Part shown: positions 36,201-48,300 of the stretch, piece by piece
Position numbering within the stretch: position 1 is the stretch's first letter
Layout of the letters: the number at the start of each line of letters is the position of its first letter
Source: Paragordius varius
Taxonomy: Eukaryota; Animalia; Nematomorpha
Direction: 5' to 3'
Assembly (NCBI GenBank): GCA_964247055.1
Contig: OZ176051.1
Coordinates: 9,796,001-9,860,000 of the forward strand
Length of the DNA stretch: 64,000 nt
Position numbers and translations under genes: made by a program
The notes under the pieces: generated by a model
The model's input: the letters and a program-made list of their open reading frames with translations, nothing else
What the model was told of the DNA's origin: nothing
Database searches by the model: none

Positions 36201-39200
36201 AATTTATGTTATTTTTACTAGGAAAAAAACCGCTATCGCTTATCGAGTTTTGATTTTATCTTTTATAAACTAATAAAATAAAAAAATAAAATATACAGTT
36301 AAGAGTCTCTTTTTTCCTTTTTTATTAAAGGGTAAGGACTCCGGACCTGTGAAGCCTTTAACACTCGCCTGTCCAGGGCTGACAGTGATGATGAAAGGGC
36401 AGGCGAGTGTTAAAGCCTTCACAATTCAGAAACAAAATTAAATCCTTACCTTATAATAAAAAAAGGAAAAAATAAATTCTAAACTGTATACATTTTATAA
36501 AATCTAATAATATATTTTTATAAGATCAAAAAATTCTGCCACTTTGTTTTCCCCAAAAATTTTCTCATTGTTCCATTCCGAATGAGACGAATCCTATTTT
36601 GCAACATAGTATGGTACAACCACATCTCAGCCAAATAAAGTTCCAAAAAGGGGGTATTTTTAACTTTTCACCTCTGATTTATCTTATCTATAAATATTTG
36701 TCAAAATTATATTTAAATTCACAATGAAAGCATTTTAAATATATACTTCAATTGCCTTTGCATAGAATCATTGTGTTTTTAAAACGCTAAAAACAGCTAA
36801 AACTCATTTATTTTTAAATTATAATAATTAATTGGGATTTTGTTCTATTTACTTACCGTTTTTTAAGTTATATAAATAAATTTTCTGTCAACTTTTGTCG
36901 TTAATCTTTTATTTTCGTTTTTTAGCGGCAAAAAAGGAACCCTTAAATGATGAATCAACAGCCAATGAACCTATACCTCCTATCATTGAAAACGTTTATA
37001 TCAAACGTATTAAAAAAGTAAGTTTGAATCCTTAGTAATTCCAACATGTGTTATAAACAAAATATTTTTATTTTTCACACTAATGAGCATTATAAAAAAT
37101 TATTTGGCAATTCCTTTTAAATATTAGTTTTATCAAAAATTATACTTTTCATGCTTAAACAAAACTTTTAAATCAGAGTTATTTTTATTATTAAAAATTT
37201 TGAGGGATAATTTTAAAAAAAACTTTCTTAGCGGTTTTAATAATAATTATAGTTTTTTCTTGCAATTGGTTGATAATCTTAAATTTTATTCAACATTATA
37301 TCTTTTCTTTTTAATGACACTTACATTATTTTATTATTTCTGAAACAATATCGTTAGCGATTTTATCTTTTCCCCTTGCAATCATGCCTAATTTTATATA
37401 TATATTTTATGTGAAATAGATGTTTTCTCAATGCCCTATATGGACACGTAATCATTTATCCGTGTTCTGTCATTTAACATCGCACATGTTAAAACACAAC
37501 ATTGGCGCAGTTGCTGAGTATTATAAATCTGGGCCTTGGAAATTTTGTTGGATCCTAAAAGGATTTGATCCAACCATTTCTCCTGAAACTTTACCGTATC
37601 AAACTATTCAACTTACCAATCTCAACGGGCAATATTGTAATATGTTTAATTGTTACATAATAATGTTGTTTTGCTTTAATTTCTTTCTTCTTGATAAAAT
37701 ATGCTATTTAACTATGTATCGTATGAAAATGGGGTATTGACTATCTAATAGAAACTGGTTCGCATAAAAATGTTGTTATTTACGATCCGTAACCAATTAA
37801 TTACAACCATAAATGCAAATATACGATGTAAAAAGAATTTATTTTTTAAATGTTGATAATTTTTGATTAAGAAATAAAAATTATAAAGATAAAATACAAA
37901 TTTAATATTATATATTTATAACGGTATATATTTGCGCTAAAATACATTATCGGTCACCTTACTCATATATGACTATATTTAGCCTTGATTTCAAATAATT
38001 CAATGACATAATTGATATTTTTAAACGGACTATTGAACAATATCAGATGCATATCAAACTTAAAATTTTGCGAGTAAAAAATAATATTTGTTCTGTGATA
38101 ATCTTGTATATAAAAAAAAGGTTTACCACCTTTCAACTAGTATAAATAACTGTGAAGTAGCTGAAAGTTAAAAACAGCGAGATACTTACCGACCAAGATT
38201 ATAAATACCGGAAATCAATCAAATTTTTCTTCAAAAGCGATATTAGCTTTAAATTATACTGACCGGAATTAAAAATTAAACAGAAATATTTGTTATACAT
38301 TAAAATGATAATTAATAATATTATCTCTTTTTGTTTTAATTCTATCTCTCAATACACTACAAGGTGCTAAAATTTTATAGTCATCAAATTTATCATTAAT
38401 TTCGTTAATCTTTACTATATTATCATATAGGTAATTGTATAAGTTTGGTACCAACAAAGATTATAATTTTTAGAAATTACTTCAAATTTTAGGTCCTACA
38501 ACACGCTAAATAACTGATGAGTGTAGTTCCAGGAATATAGTTTCCCATTCTCATATAGGTTTTTTTAGAGAGCATTAAGAGCTAGGGCGATGTTTGATTT
38601 ACCATTATCCCCAATAAAACATTTTTCTCCGTTTTTTTTGCAGTTTTTTGAATTGCAGGATTCCGCCATATCTAATTTCAGAAGCTAAAAATAAGAATCC
38701 AATTATCGCAGTATTATTTAGCGATTTTTTAAAAATTTAAACGCAGATTGCTAATTTTAAAAGCCAAGAAATCCCAAATAGTTTATTGCTACTATAACCT
38801 TCTAACTACCACTTGTAATGCATTGAGAGAAGGAATTTTGAAACAAGATGATACTACTAATTACTTATAAGACGCATAAAAATTAAACACAAATATTATT
38901 TATAATTATTATAAATTAAATAAATTTCTCCTTTTTGAATTTTTAATGCGATCATTTTAAATCGTTTTGAGTCAAGAATTATATGATAGATTTTTATCCA
39001 TTTATAATCTTGGTTGCCAAATAGAATATTTAACTCGTAGTTAATATCACTTTCAGTTTCTTTACAATCGTTTTTTTGTTTAATGGTGCACTGAGAGTTT
39101 TTTTTTTTACAGGATCATCATTTTGCAAAAATTGTTAAAATATTGATATTTACCATTGATTTAAAGCAGGATTGTCCAACACAAATGGCTTCACGGGCCG

Positions 39201-39233
39201 CATTTTTCACTTAAAAATACGGCGGGCCGCTAT

Positions 39234-39268
<35 letters not shown>

Positions 39269-40633
39269 GCATTCATAAATATGTTAGATTTTAAACATAA
39301 GACTTTATAATGCAAACACAGTTTAACTCATTTTATTGTTTTTTTAATAATTATCTGCGAAAATTGATTTTATAAACATTGTATAAGCATATTTTTGCAA
39401 CTTATAGCTTAATTTTTTGGCGGGTCGCGTGTCCTGATTAAAAGTAGCCTTTTATCTATGTATCTCATATTGTTTGACCATTTCTTACACGAATTCGGTC
39501 GATGGTGACCGTTTGTTTCTTTTCTCATATTTAATTGAAAAATGTTATAGACTTCTTCTATAGCAATCTTAGTGTACATTGTTACTTTTATCCAGATTGG
39601 ATTATATTAAAAATATTTACGAGTAAAAAATGGACCATTTCAATTACATTACACTGTTTTTTGAATAATTTTTAATTAAAAGGCAAAGGGTATTTATTTA
39701 TAATATAATTTGTGCAAAAAAAGATCTCCAAATATGCCTGATTGTAAATTAAATTTTAAAATTATATGGTTCTAGTATTTATTTTATATTTGCGGTTTCT
39801 AGCTAATATAATTTATTCAGAATGGTGTTTATATTATAGTTTTGTTTTCAAGAGTTCTTTTTCTTCTCAAAATTTTTATTCCCTAGTTTATATATTAATT
39901 ATAATTATTCCAATTTTCATTTAAATAATTAGACCGAAATTTTTTTTTATCTTTAATTAGCTCCTTTAAGCCGAACCCATGTGATTACTCGCTTAATATT
40001 TTCTAAATGATTTTATTTTTTAATTGAACGGTTTTTTACATTGATATTTTTATTGATTTTTTTAAAATGATTAAGTTTACGAATTTCGCCACTCATTAAT
40101 CAATATGCAATTTCAATGGGATTTTAAAGATAAAATGGAATATTAAATATTCGAAATAAGGGGTGATTTAAAGGCGTAAATGTTTTTCTATAATTTATTA
40201 TATATGATATTATTTATTTTTATTTAGCCTCAATGAAACTGATATCGTCCCTTAATGAAGTATATTATTTTTTATGTTAGATATTTTTGAATTTATTTTG
40301 CAAATTAAACGCTAACACCTAACCACATATTGTACGCAGTTCATATATAACATTTAACTTTAAAACAATTATAATAATATAAATTTTTAATAATAGGAAC
40401 ATTTATCGTTTCCGTGTCCATCTTTTCCACGCATAAAACCGCTTCTCACCTCCAGCATTTATCGATTTTGTGACATAAAAGATGAAAGGGTCCAAACGTA
40501 CCTATCATATCCGATTAATATTTCTGCCACATATGATCCAGAACATGGCTGGTTAGCTAACCCAGATGCCAAGAATATTATTCGAAAAATGTTGTATGAT
40601 ACATACCCAAATTATTTTGCCCGTCCTCAATAA
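33268..40633 (+). CDS. GTF3C5: General transcription factor IIIC subunit 5 (Tfc1/tau95-like), divergent, >=361 aa. Exons 33268-33354, 33377-33569, 33661-33888, (34487-34522 possible), 36926-37017, 37420-37636, 40228-40259, 40397-40633
   Basis: Family motifs FKGLCDFQFLPV, FSQCPIWTR, YYKSGPWKFCWILKGFDPT (cf. GPWRSLWIRFGYDPR), YRFCDI..EHGW. Splice phases are consistent. The middle exons are less certain. Confidence 0.8.
35667..35882. mobile_element. CCATTTAC-ended MITE family copy in a GTF3C5 intron
   Basis: TTTTCGGGCTAATATAACTCATC core and right end GGTGAATTTGAACGTAAATGG|TA. Confidence 0.65.
36245..36535. repeat. ~290-bp foldback palindrome with a GC-rich 24-bp core stem (36348-36423) in a GTF3C5 intron
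   Basis: TGTGAAGCCTTTAACACTCGCCTG pairs with CAGGCGAGTGTTAAAGCCTTCACA. AT-rich outer arms also pair imperfectly. Confidence 0.75.
39167..39436. mobile_element. hAT (Charlie-like) MITE in a GTF3C5 intron
   Basis: Left end CAGGATTGTCCAAC, CGGGCCGC subterminal motifs, near-identical 8-bp flanks ATTTAAAG/ATTAAAAG. The right TIR is partly deleted. Confidence 0.55.
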
Positions 40634-41569
40634 GAAAGAACGATAGTGTATATTATATAGATGGATGTTTGATTTGTGACCATCATTAATATGATCAATG
40701 TGTTTATGATCGGTAACATAATAAAATAAATCAATTATGTTTCAATTATATGACACAATACATTTTTAAACATTTAATTTTAAATTCATATAATATCATT
40801 GGAAGCTGACAGTACTGGCTTGTACGAAGACAATTTGACAATTGATATAATTTTTGAAATTCATAATTACTTAATTGGCTAAGATTGCCTCTAGTGAGGA
40901 TTCTAAGTCATTTGTTGGATAATCATGTCTATGCTCATATTGTCCTATAATGAAATTCGTAAGTTATAATAGTAGGTAAAGAGCTGTTATTTTTTTAGAT
41001 TGAGTTATTCGTGATTGTCAAATTAATTTTTTTCAAAACGAGGAATATAATTTCCTCCGTTTTAGAGCGAGCAATCAACAAGAAGGCAAAAGAATATCAA
41101 ATTGCTATGGGATAAAAAAATACGCCAAAAGGTCATGGAGTTTGAAATAAAAAAAATTTAATCGAAGAAAAAGGCTTCAAAATATCACTGCATAACCAAG
41201 TCATTTGTATAATCAGATGATAAGCGCTGAGAAAAAATATTTTATCAGGATATTTTTTGCCCTTTGATAATTTGTGCACTGTTATATAGAGAAAATAATC
41301 ATTTTATAATACTGCGTCAAAATCAAGGGATTTAAAAATTGACCTGATAAAATATATATCTTCTGATAGGAAAACGTATCAGGATTTGCTTTGGCCTTCA
41401 TGAGTGATTTATGACAGTTATTTGCATTTTTGTGGTAAGTGCTCCTTGCCAGAAAAAGACAAAATTCGCGACATTTCTTAAAATAATTTTTTTTATTAAC
41501 AACTAATGGGTTCATCCAAAAATTATCAACATATAAAAAGCAAAATATTTTTTAAAAAATTTAATTTTT

Positions 41570-41809
41570 AGACGTGAGCTCCGAAAGTGCCCAAAACCTC
41601 TTCTAATATGGGCAAGTTCTTTTATAAAACGCGAAAATGACGAGATTGCGCAATAATTATATTTTATGTAAATTTGAGAGCAAATAAAAACATTTCAAAA
41701 GAAAGCGATACTTTTTCAAAAATTTAATTTTTGAAAAACTTTATTCATGCTATGAGGCATGTGGAAACTGAATAAAAACGGTTTTAGATATTAAAAAAAA
41801 CTTTTTCTA

Positions 41810-41848
<39 letters not shown>

Positions 41849-42262
41849 TCAATGCTGAACATTTTTTTTCATCTCAGAATTTCGATAATTGTCTTTAAGA
41901 CTCTACTCAATAGAAAATATGCTTTTTTACCATTTACCAAAATTTCAAATCAAACGAACCTTTAAATTCAAATTGTTAGGTGGTAAAATGTTCAGCATCA
42001 TCAAATTATATTGATGTGTTGTTACAATAGCTAAAAGCGTTTTTATACTATTTTCATCATGCGTCAAAATAGTATGAAGTACGCTAACAAAATTTTGTTA
42101 AAGTAAATTTTTATAAAAAAATATGCATTAAAAATATTTTTTGGGATGTAATTTAGTATATGTTAAAAACTATTGTACCATCCTACATTTTTTGCCTTTA
42201 TTCTAAGACTAGCCTATTTTAGATGAGAGAAAAATTTGGGACTTTCGGAGCCCACATCTAGT
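41570..42262. mobile_element. Degenerate inverted-repeat element
   Basis: AGACGTGAGCTCCGAAAGTGCCCAAA versus TTTGGGACTTTCGGAGCCCACATCT. No TSD was identified. Confidence 0.4.
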
Positions 42263-43303
42263 ATTTAAATTTTAAAATATTATTTAATTTTATGGAGTTT
42301 ATAATATATTTAAGTGATATTTTTTAGAATAAAGCCTCTAGCATCCAACAAAGAACTGAATACAGAAAATATGCTCAAATTTTTTAAGGTTCTAATATGG
42401 AACACTTACCACAAAAGTGTAAATAACTTTCTTTGAGGTCAAAACAAAAAGCATCACCTGATATATTATCTTATCTGAATATATGTATATCATTTGGTGA
42501 TTTTGTACTCCCGAATTTTGCGCAATGCTATAAAAACATGCAGATAAGCATATATTGGTTAAAAATAAAACCATTAAAAATCATTTTCATTTCAGCATCA
42601 AATATTTATGATTTTAAGTAAGCTGTTTGTTTCAATCTGGCTCTGAAATATTCTAAATATGAAATTCACGAGTCAAAAAATAAATATCTTAAACAGTACT
42701 ATAATTGATAATTATAAATATTAATCAACTTCATAGTTATATTAATCTTTTTAAGCTTTGTACAAAACAGCGCCAAATTCTCATCCATAAAATAAAAAAA
42801 TAATATAGTAACTTTTCATGACCTTTTGCGCGTTTTTTACACCCCAGAGTCATTATGTATACACAAAAAAATATATGTTTTATTATTGGGTTAAATTAAA
42901 AAAATGCTTATTTTTATTAAATATAAAATGGTAAAAATATTACTGATCCCAAACTTTTTCGCCGCTATGCTTTTCTTTTTCTAAATCACCAAAACAACAG
43001 GTAAATAAATATTTATAATGGTTAATAAATTTAATAATTTACCAGCAAAGTAATATTTTCAGCAGCTTGCTTCAATCATGTTTTCAGAGCTAATCGAATT
43101 CGCGATGATTTAAACTGTAAAACTATTAGTATTTTATCTATGGTGAAGAGTGTTTGATAATTCAATTTAATTAAAACAACTTCAATAATTTTATTTCCAA
43201 TTTTCGGCTCTGGAATATCATGTACAAAAATAAAAGTGTTTTGAAGTTTAAATGTAATATTAAATTGTTCATAAGCTTAAGATTTTTTATGTTTATTATG
43301 ATA

Positions 43304-45284
43304 CTAGTAGGCCTTGTCACGCTTCGCTGTGACGAGTCTCATTAATAATTATTCATAATTATGTGCAATAAATAGAAGTAATGGATATAAAAAACTAAAA
43401 AACATAATTAATAAAAAGAATGTCTTTAATTATTCTTTACAGGTTTTTGTATGGGCTCAAATATTATTTATTCGAAATTGACCATATTTAAAATGTCCCT
43501 TATTAAAGTTAATATTTAACTATAATTGGAATGATTTTATGATTTTCATTTTATGAAATCATGGTTAAAAGTTTTATTTTGAAATGTGTTCACACAGCTG
43601 TAATCAAATAAAGAGTGAATCATTTGTGGTCCCTTGATATAGGAAAGAATATTATACAAATTCCCCAGAAATGTGAACTCATATGGCTTTTAAGTTTTTT
43701 GAAACTTAGCTCCAAATCCACGCCATTTTTGTATGGCAGTTTTAAACCGGTACACCCTTACCCATAGACTTATATGGAAAAGCGCTGAGTTAAATTATTT
43801 TAGTTATGGGGCAAATATTTGGAATCATCTTTGATACCATCGTATCATGGGTTATTTGGAAAATTTTTCAACACTATATCGTTATATGATGGCGTATTTG
43901 TAGGGCATAGGCCCTAAATTAACGGCTAATAAAAAACGCCTGACTTTTTTTCATAGTTAGGGGTTATATTTCAAGATTTTAATGAGCTCATATGGCTTCA
44001 TAAATTTTCTGTAATTAGCTCCAAAAAACGCAATTTCTATATAGTGGCGCAGTTTTTGGCGGGTAGCTCTTAACCCAGGGGCAGGTATAAAAAAGCGTTG
44101 GGCAAAATCTTTGCCTTTATATGGGGAATATCTGGAATTATCATGGATTCCATATGTTCCTATTTGATTCATAGGTTTTCTGAAATTTGGCTCCTTGCTG
44201 TATCGATATGGTGACGCAGTTTTACGCGGGCCTTCTAACCAGGGGCGAAAACTACGCTCGATTAAAATTTTTTGCCCTAATTCTGGTAATACCTGGAATC
44301 CTGATTGATTCCATATGACCTCAAACCAAAACATTCTATGGTGGATCATTATTAGGGCAAAAGTCTAATTAAGGGGCAATCTAATAAAACCGCTCTACTT
44401 ATTTTGTACGGGTATTATTACAAGCTCTTTTGAACTCATATGGCCTGATAAGATTTCTATAATTTGCCTACAAAATCACGCTGTTTCGATATGGTGGCGC
44501 AGTTGTTGGTAGGCAGCTCCTACCCAAAGAAGCCAATATAAAAGAGACATTCGAGAAAAATTGTTGCCTTTGTAGGGGAATACCTGGAATCATCATTTAT
44601 TACATATGTTCATAATAGTTTTTGGAAGAATGGATTAATAAATAATAGTTCAATTATAGCGCTTTTTAGGGCGTAAAGGGCCTAACTAACGGCGAATTTA
44701 AAAAACCGTACGACTTAAATTTTTTCCTTGTTACGGGTAAATTTAGCCCCAAAGACACGATATTTCGATATGATGGGGCAGTTTTTAGTGGGTATCTCCC
44801 TACCCAGCAGCCAATATAAAATAACGCACGACTAAAATTTTTACCTTTTAACAGGGAATATCTGGAATTTTCATTGAATTTTTATGGTCTCATACCTTGG
44901 GTCAGAAATAGATTTAAAAAATTATTTTTGTGAACTTAATTTTTTTTTATAAAAAAAGGCATTTTACGGGGGGAGGGGGTAAAAACAGGGCCTAAATTAA
45001 AAAAGCGAGCCGACTATGTCCGGCGCAATAAAAAAAGTATAAATCGAATGATCTAACACGTTTTCGGGAAAATTGTCTCAAAAACACGATTTTTGTCGAC
45101 TTATGTTTTCAAAAAAACCCGTTTTTTACACGGGTGGGCCCGAACTGGGGGCCTAATTTATAAAAGGGCGAAGTTTCTGTCGGGCATTCATTATTATATT
45201 TCAATATTGAGATTTGACTGGCTTTGCCGGTTTTTTGGAAACAGATCACAAAGCCGCCAATTTCCATTTTTATAAATATATAGA
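43304..45284 (-). mobile_element. Non-autonomous Helitron, copy B
   Basis: The minus strand begins A|TCTATATATTTATAAAAATGG at 45284 and ends with the hairpin GTCACAGCGAAGCGTGAC plus CTAG|T. It has the same internal subrepeats as copy A. Confidence 0.87.
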
Positions 45285-45371
45285 TAGATGAGAAACCATA
45301 ATTATCCAGGTGTAAACAAATCAGCCTTACCATTAGCCGTCACTCATTCAACAATATGTAATAATTATGAT

Positions 45372-48300
45372 ATGAAGCTTATCCTTTATTTTAGTTTGTT
45401 TGGGATGGGATTAGCGGATATATTTATAGTTAAATGTTTTTAATTTTAGATAAACCAAAATAACGAAACAATCGATGTTTTTGGCGACATACCGGCTGAA
45501 TTCGGTGGTTTTTTACCCCTTAACGGAATCAAAGTAAATTTTTTTACATTGCAAGGGTTATATAGTACACTCTTATCCATCTCATGCATGTTCTCCAATA
45601 TTGCCACCACCAATTATTTTGCAAAATTATTCTGACTTATCAAATGCCACCAAGTGGGTAGTTTTAATTGAACGCAATGGATGTGATTTTGATTATAAAG
45701 TATTTTATTTTTTTTCTATATAATTTTAGGTATTAAATGCCCAACGAGCTGGTTACTCGCTTGCAATTGTATACAATTTTGAAAGCGATGATTTGGTGTC
45801 TATGCATGGATTTCGATACGTTAAAATGATTCGGATTCCAGCAGTTTTTATAGGATGGACCGCTGGAATAAGAATAATGAAAAGTTACACTTATAAATCA
45901 GGGTACGTTCATATTTAATAATTTGATTTAGTATATAAAAATTTTAACAATATTTTATTATTATAATTATTAAATAAGCAATTTTTTATGTAAATATATT
46001 ATTTTTACTCGTTTCCAACTAATTTCCCCAATATTTTTTATTTTATTAATACTTATACATATTAACATTAAAATTTTAGAATTTATACGGAAATTCGTAG
46101 CGTTTAAAAATTAAACGATATTATAGTGCCAATTCAAAAATTGGCTAATGTAATTAATATGTGATGTGCATGAAAGTTGCAATTATAATTTTATTTTAAA
46201 ATTTAAATAACCCTTTGATCTAATGCGTTTCTAAATATCATTAATTATCTTTTTGTGCGCACTGTCATGTAGTTGGTAAATCTAAATTCATGATCCGTAT
46301 TACTTTAAATGGTAAAGGTTCGTAAATATTTTAACTTTATGGCAGAAAGATATGCATTTTTTAGGCTTACACATGCATTTTAGTGACTCTTGTTTAGTTT
46401 TTTAATACACTTAATATAGTTTTTTTAAAAAAACGTAATCATTTTTAAAATTTACAAATAATTTTTGAAGTTACCAATTTTCTTAAATAAAATATAATTT
46501 TTTCTCCCTAGATACATGATTAAAGTGTTGGATGAGTTACCCATTAATCTAAATAACTATTTGCTGCCTTTTGCAATAGTTATAGCCATCTCCTTTGTAG
46601 TTATGTCAACTTTCTTGGTATGATATATACTTTGTTTAATTATAACATACTATATAAGGTTATCAAACATATTAATTTTGAATGTAAATAATTTTTTGAG
46701 ATTTTTTACAATATCGAATTATGTAATATCACAAGACTATTTTTAATTTTTAAATGGGGTGTAATCATTTAATATGAATAATTGCGATTTTACATTTGAT
46801 TGATTATATATAAGTTAAAAGTTTTTTTTTTAAACTTTTTTTGATTGTTGCAAAATAACAGTGTAAAGTATTTCTTTTACCTCAAAATTTATTTTTTTTA
46901 ATGACATTTTGATTGTTGATAAACCATAATATTATAATGAATAATTTTTTTAACACTCAATTTTAAATTATATTAAATAAATATTTTTTATGCTTTCACT
47001 CTGTGTTTGCTGGCAACATTTCACCAATTTTTTACGTCGTCAGATAACTCGATGTGTACGAGAACGGAGATATCGGATGAGAAACCGATTATCAGCTCGA
47101 AATCTCAAAGCCATCCCTACAAAACGATATAAAATCGGTGAGCTAAATTTTTTACATTAATTGCTTTCTAAAATTTGTTAAAATGATGTTTATTTTTATA
47201 TAAATAATTATAGTTTTAAATTGCCATGAATGTAGTTGACTGTTAATTTGTGGTTATTAACCTCAACATTTCAATACAGATTTTAATTATATTGTATGTC
47301 GTCTATAATCATTTGGTTTATTGGTTTTTGCCGTAAATTTTGATGACCCCTATTTATAATTTTACTCCTAAAATTAGCACCGTATTGCATTTATACCATG
47401 TATTTATAATGCTTCTCATTTTTTAAATAACTATATAAATCATGGTTTTTCCACATTAATTTAGTCGTAATTATGTCCTAATATTGATACTCTAGTTTTA
47501 ATTGATCAACCTTTTTTTGTGTAAGAAATTTTGATTTGATTAAAATATTTTTTACGGAACATAGTATACCAATTAATACAAAAAGGGATAAATAATTGTT
47601 AATTTAAAACAACGAAACATTCCCACTAATTTACATATAAGGTCAAAATTACCTGTATATTCCAGCCTTTTAATCGATAATATAATTTTTTTTCTTTTAA
47701 TTCTATCTTAATTTGGATAAATCAGGTATATGGATTTTCAAATTTTATAATATAATATTTAAAATCTGCCTTTCGAATATCCAAACCTCCTTATTAGCCA
47801 CTCAAAAGCGATATAATTTTTATCACACTAATAGTAAAAAGTTTTTTGAATATTCAAAATACAGCCCATAGCTTAAAATCTCTTACCAATATTTGATATA
47901 TCCTTTTTATTTCTAAATATCCTGAGAAGGTTTGTCATTTGTTTTCGTTGCAAAACTTTCGATATTGGTACATGTGAAATTTATTATTGCAAAAACTAAT
48001 AATGTTAATCAATGATTGAAAGACTTGTTATGTTTGGAGACTGATCGTATTAGCAATATATATTATTTTTATTTAATTATATAACAATACCAATAACATC
48101 AAATGTGGCAGTTTATATCCGGGGTCCAACACGCTTTTTCGGTACGCAAAAATGCTCTTTAGAATGTTAAAATAAAAAAAATGGATTTCAATCAAAAATA
48201 TACGATGATTTAATAGATATATTATCCTTAGGCGCAAAATACATAAATAATGTCATAATAGCCCGCTAAGGTCTTTTTGTAGGACTCACCTGGATTAGAT

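Noticed and set aside
36375-36400. CTGA and TGATGA as snoRNA C/D boxes or a SECIS element
   Set aside because: The box order and spacing are wrong for a C/D snoRNA, and the location is intronic with no selenoprotein UGA.
40800-41500. Slightly GC-richer stretch downstream of GTF3C5 as a decayed transposase or gene
   Set aside because: No sustained frame or recognisable motif on either strand.
43957-44349. ORFs inside the Helitrons (also 21089-21417, 45093-45333) as RepHel or captured genes
   Set aside because: There are no HUH or helicase motifs, and the frames are not conserved between repeat units or between the two copies.
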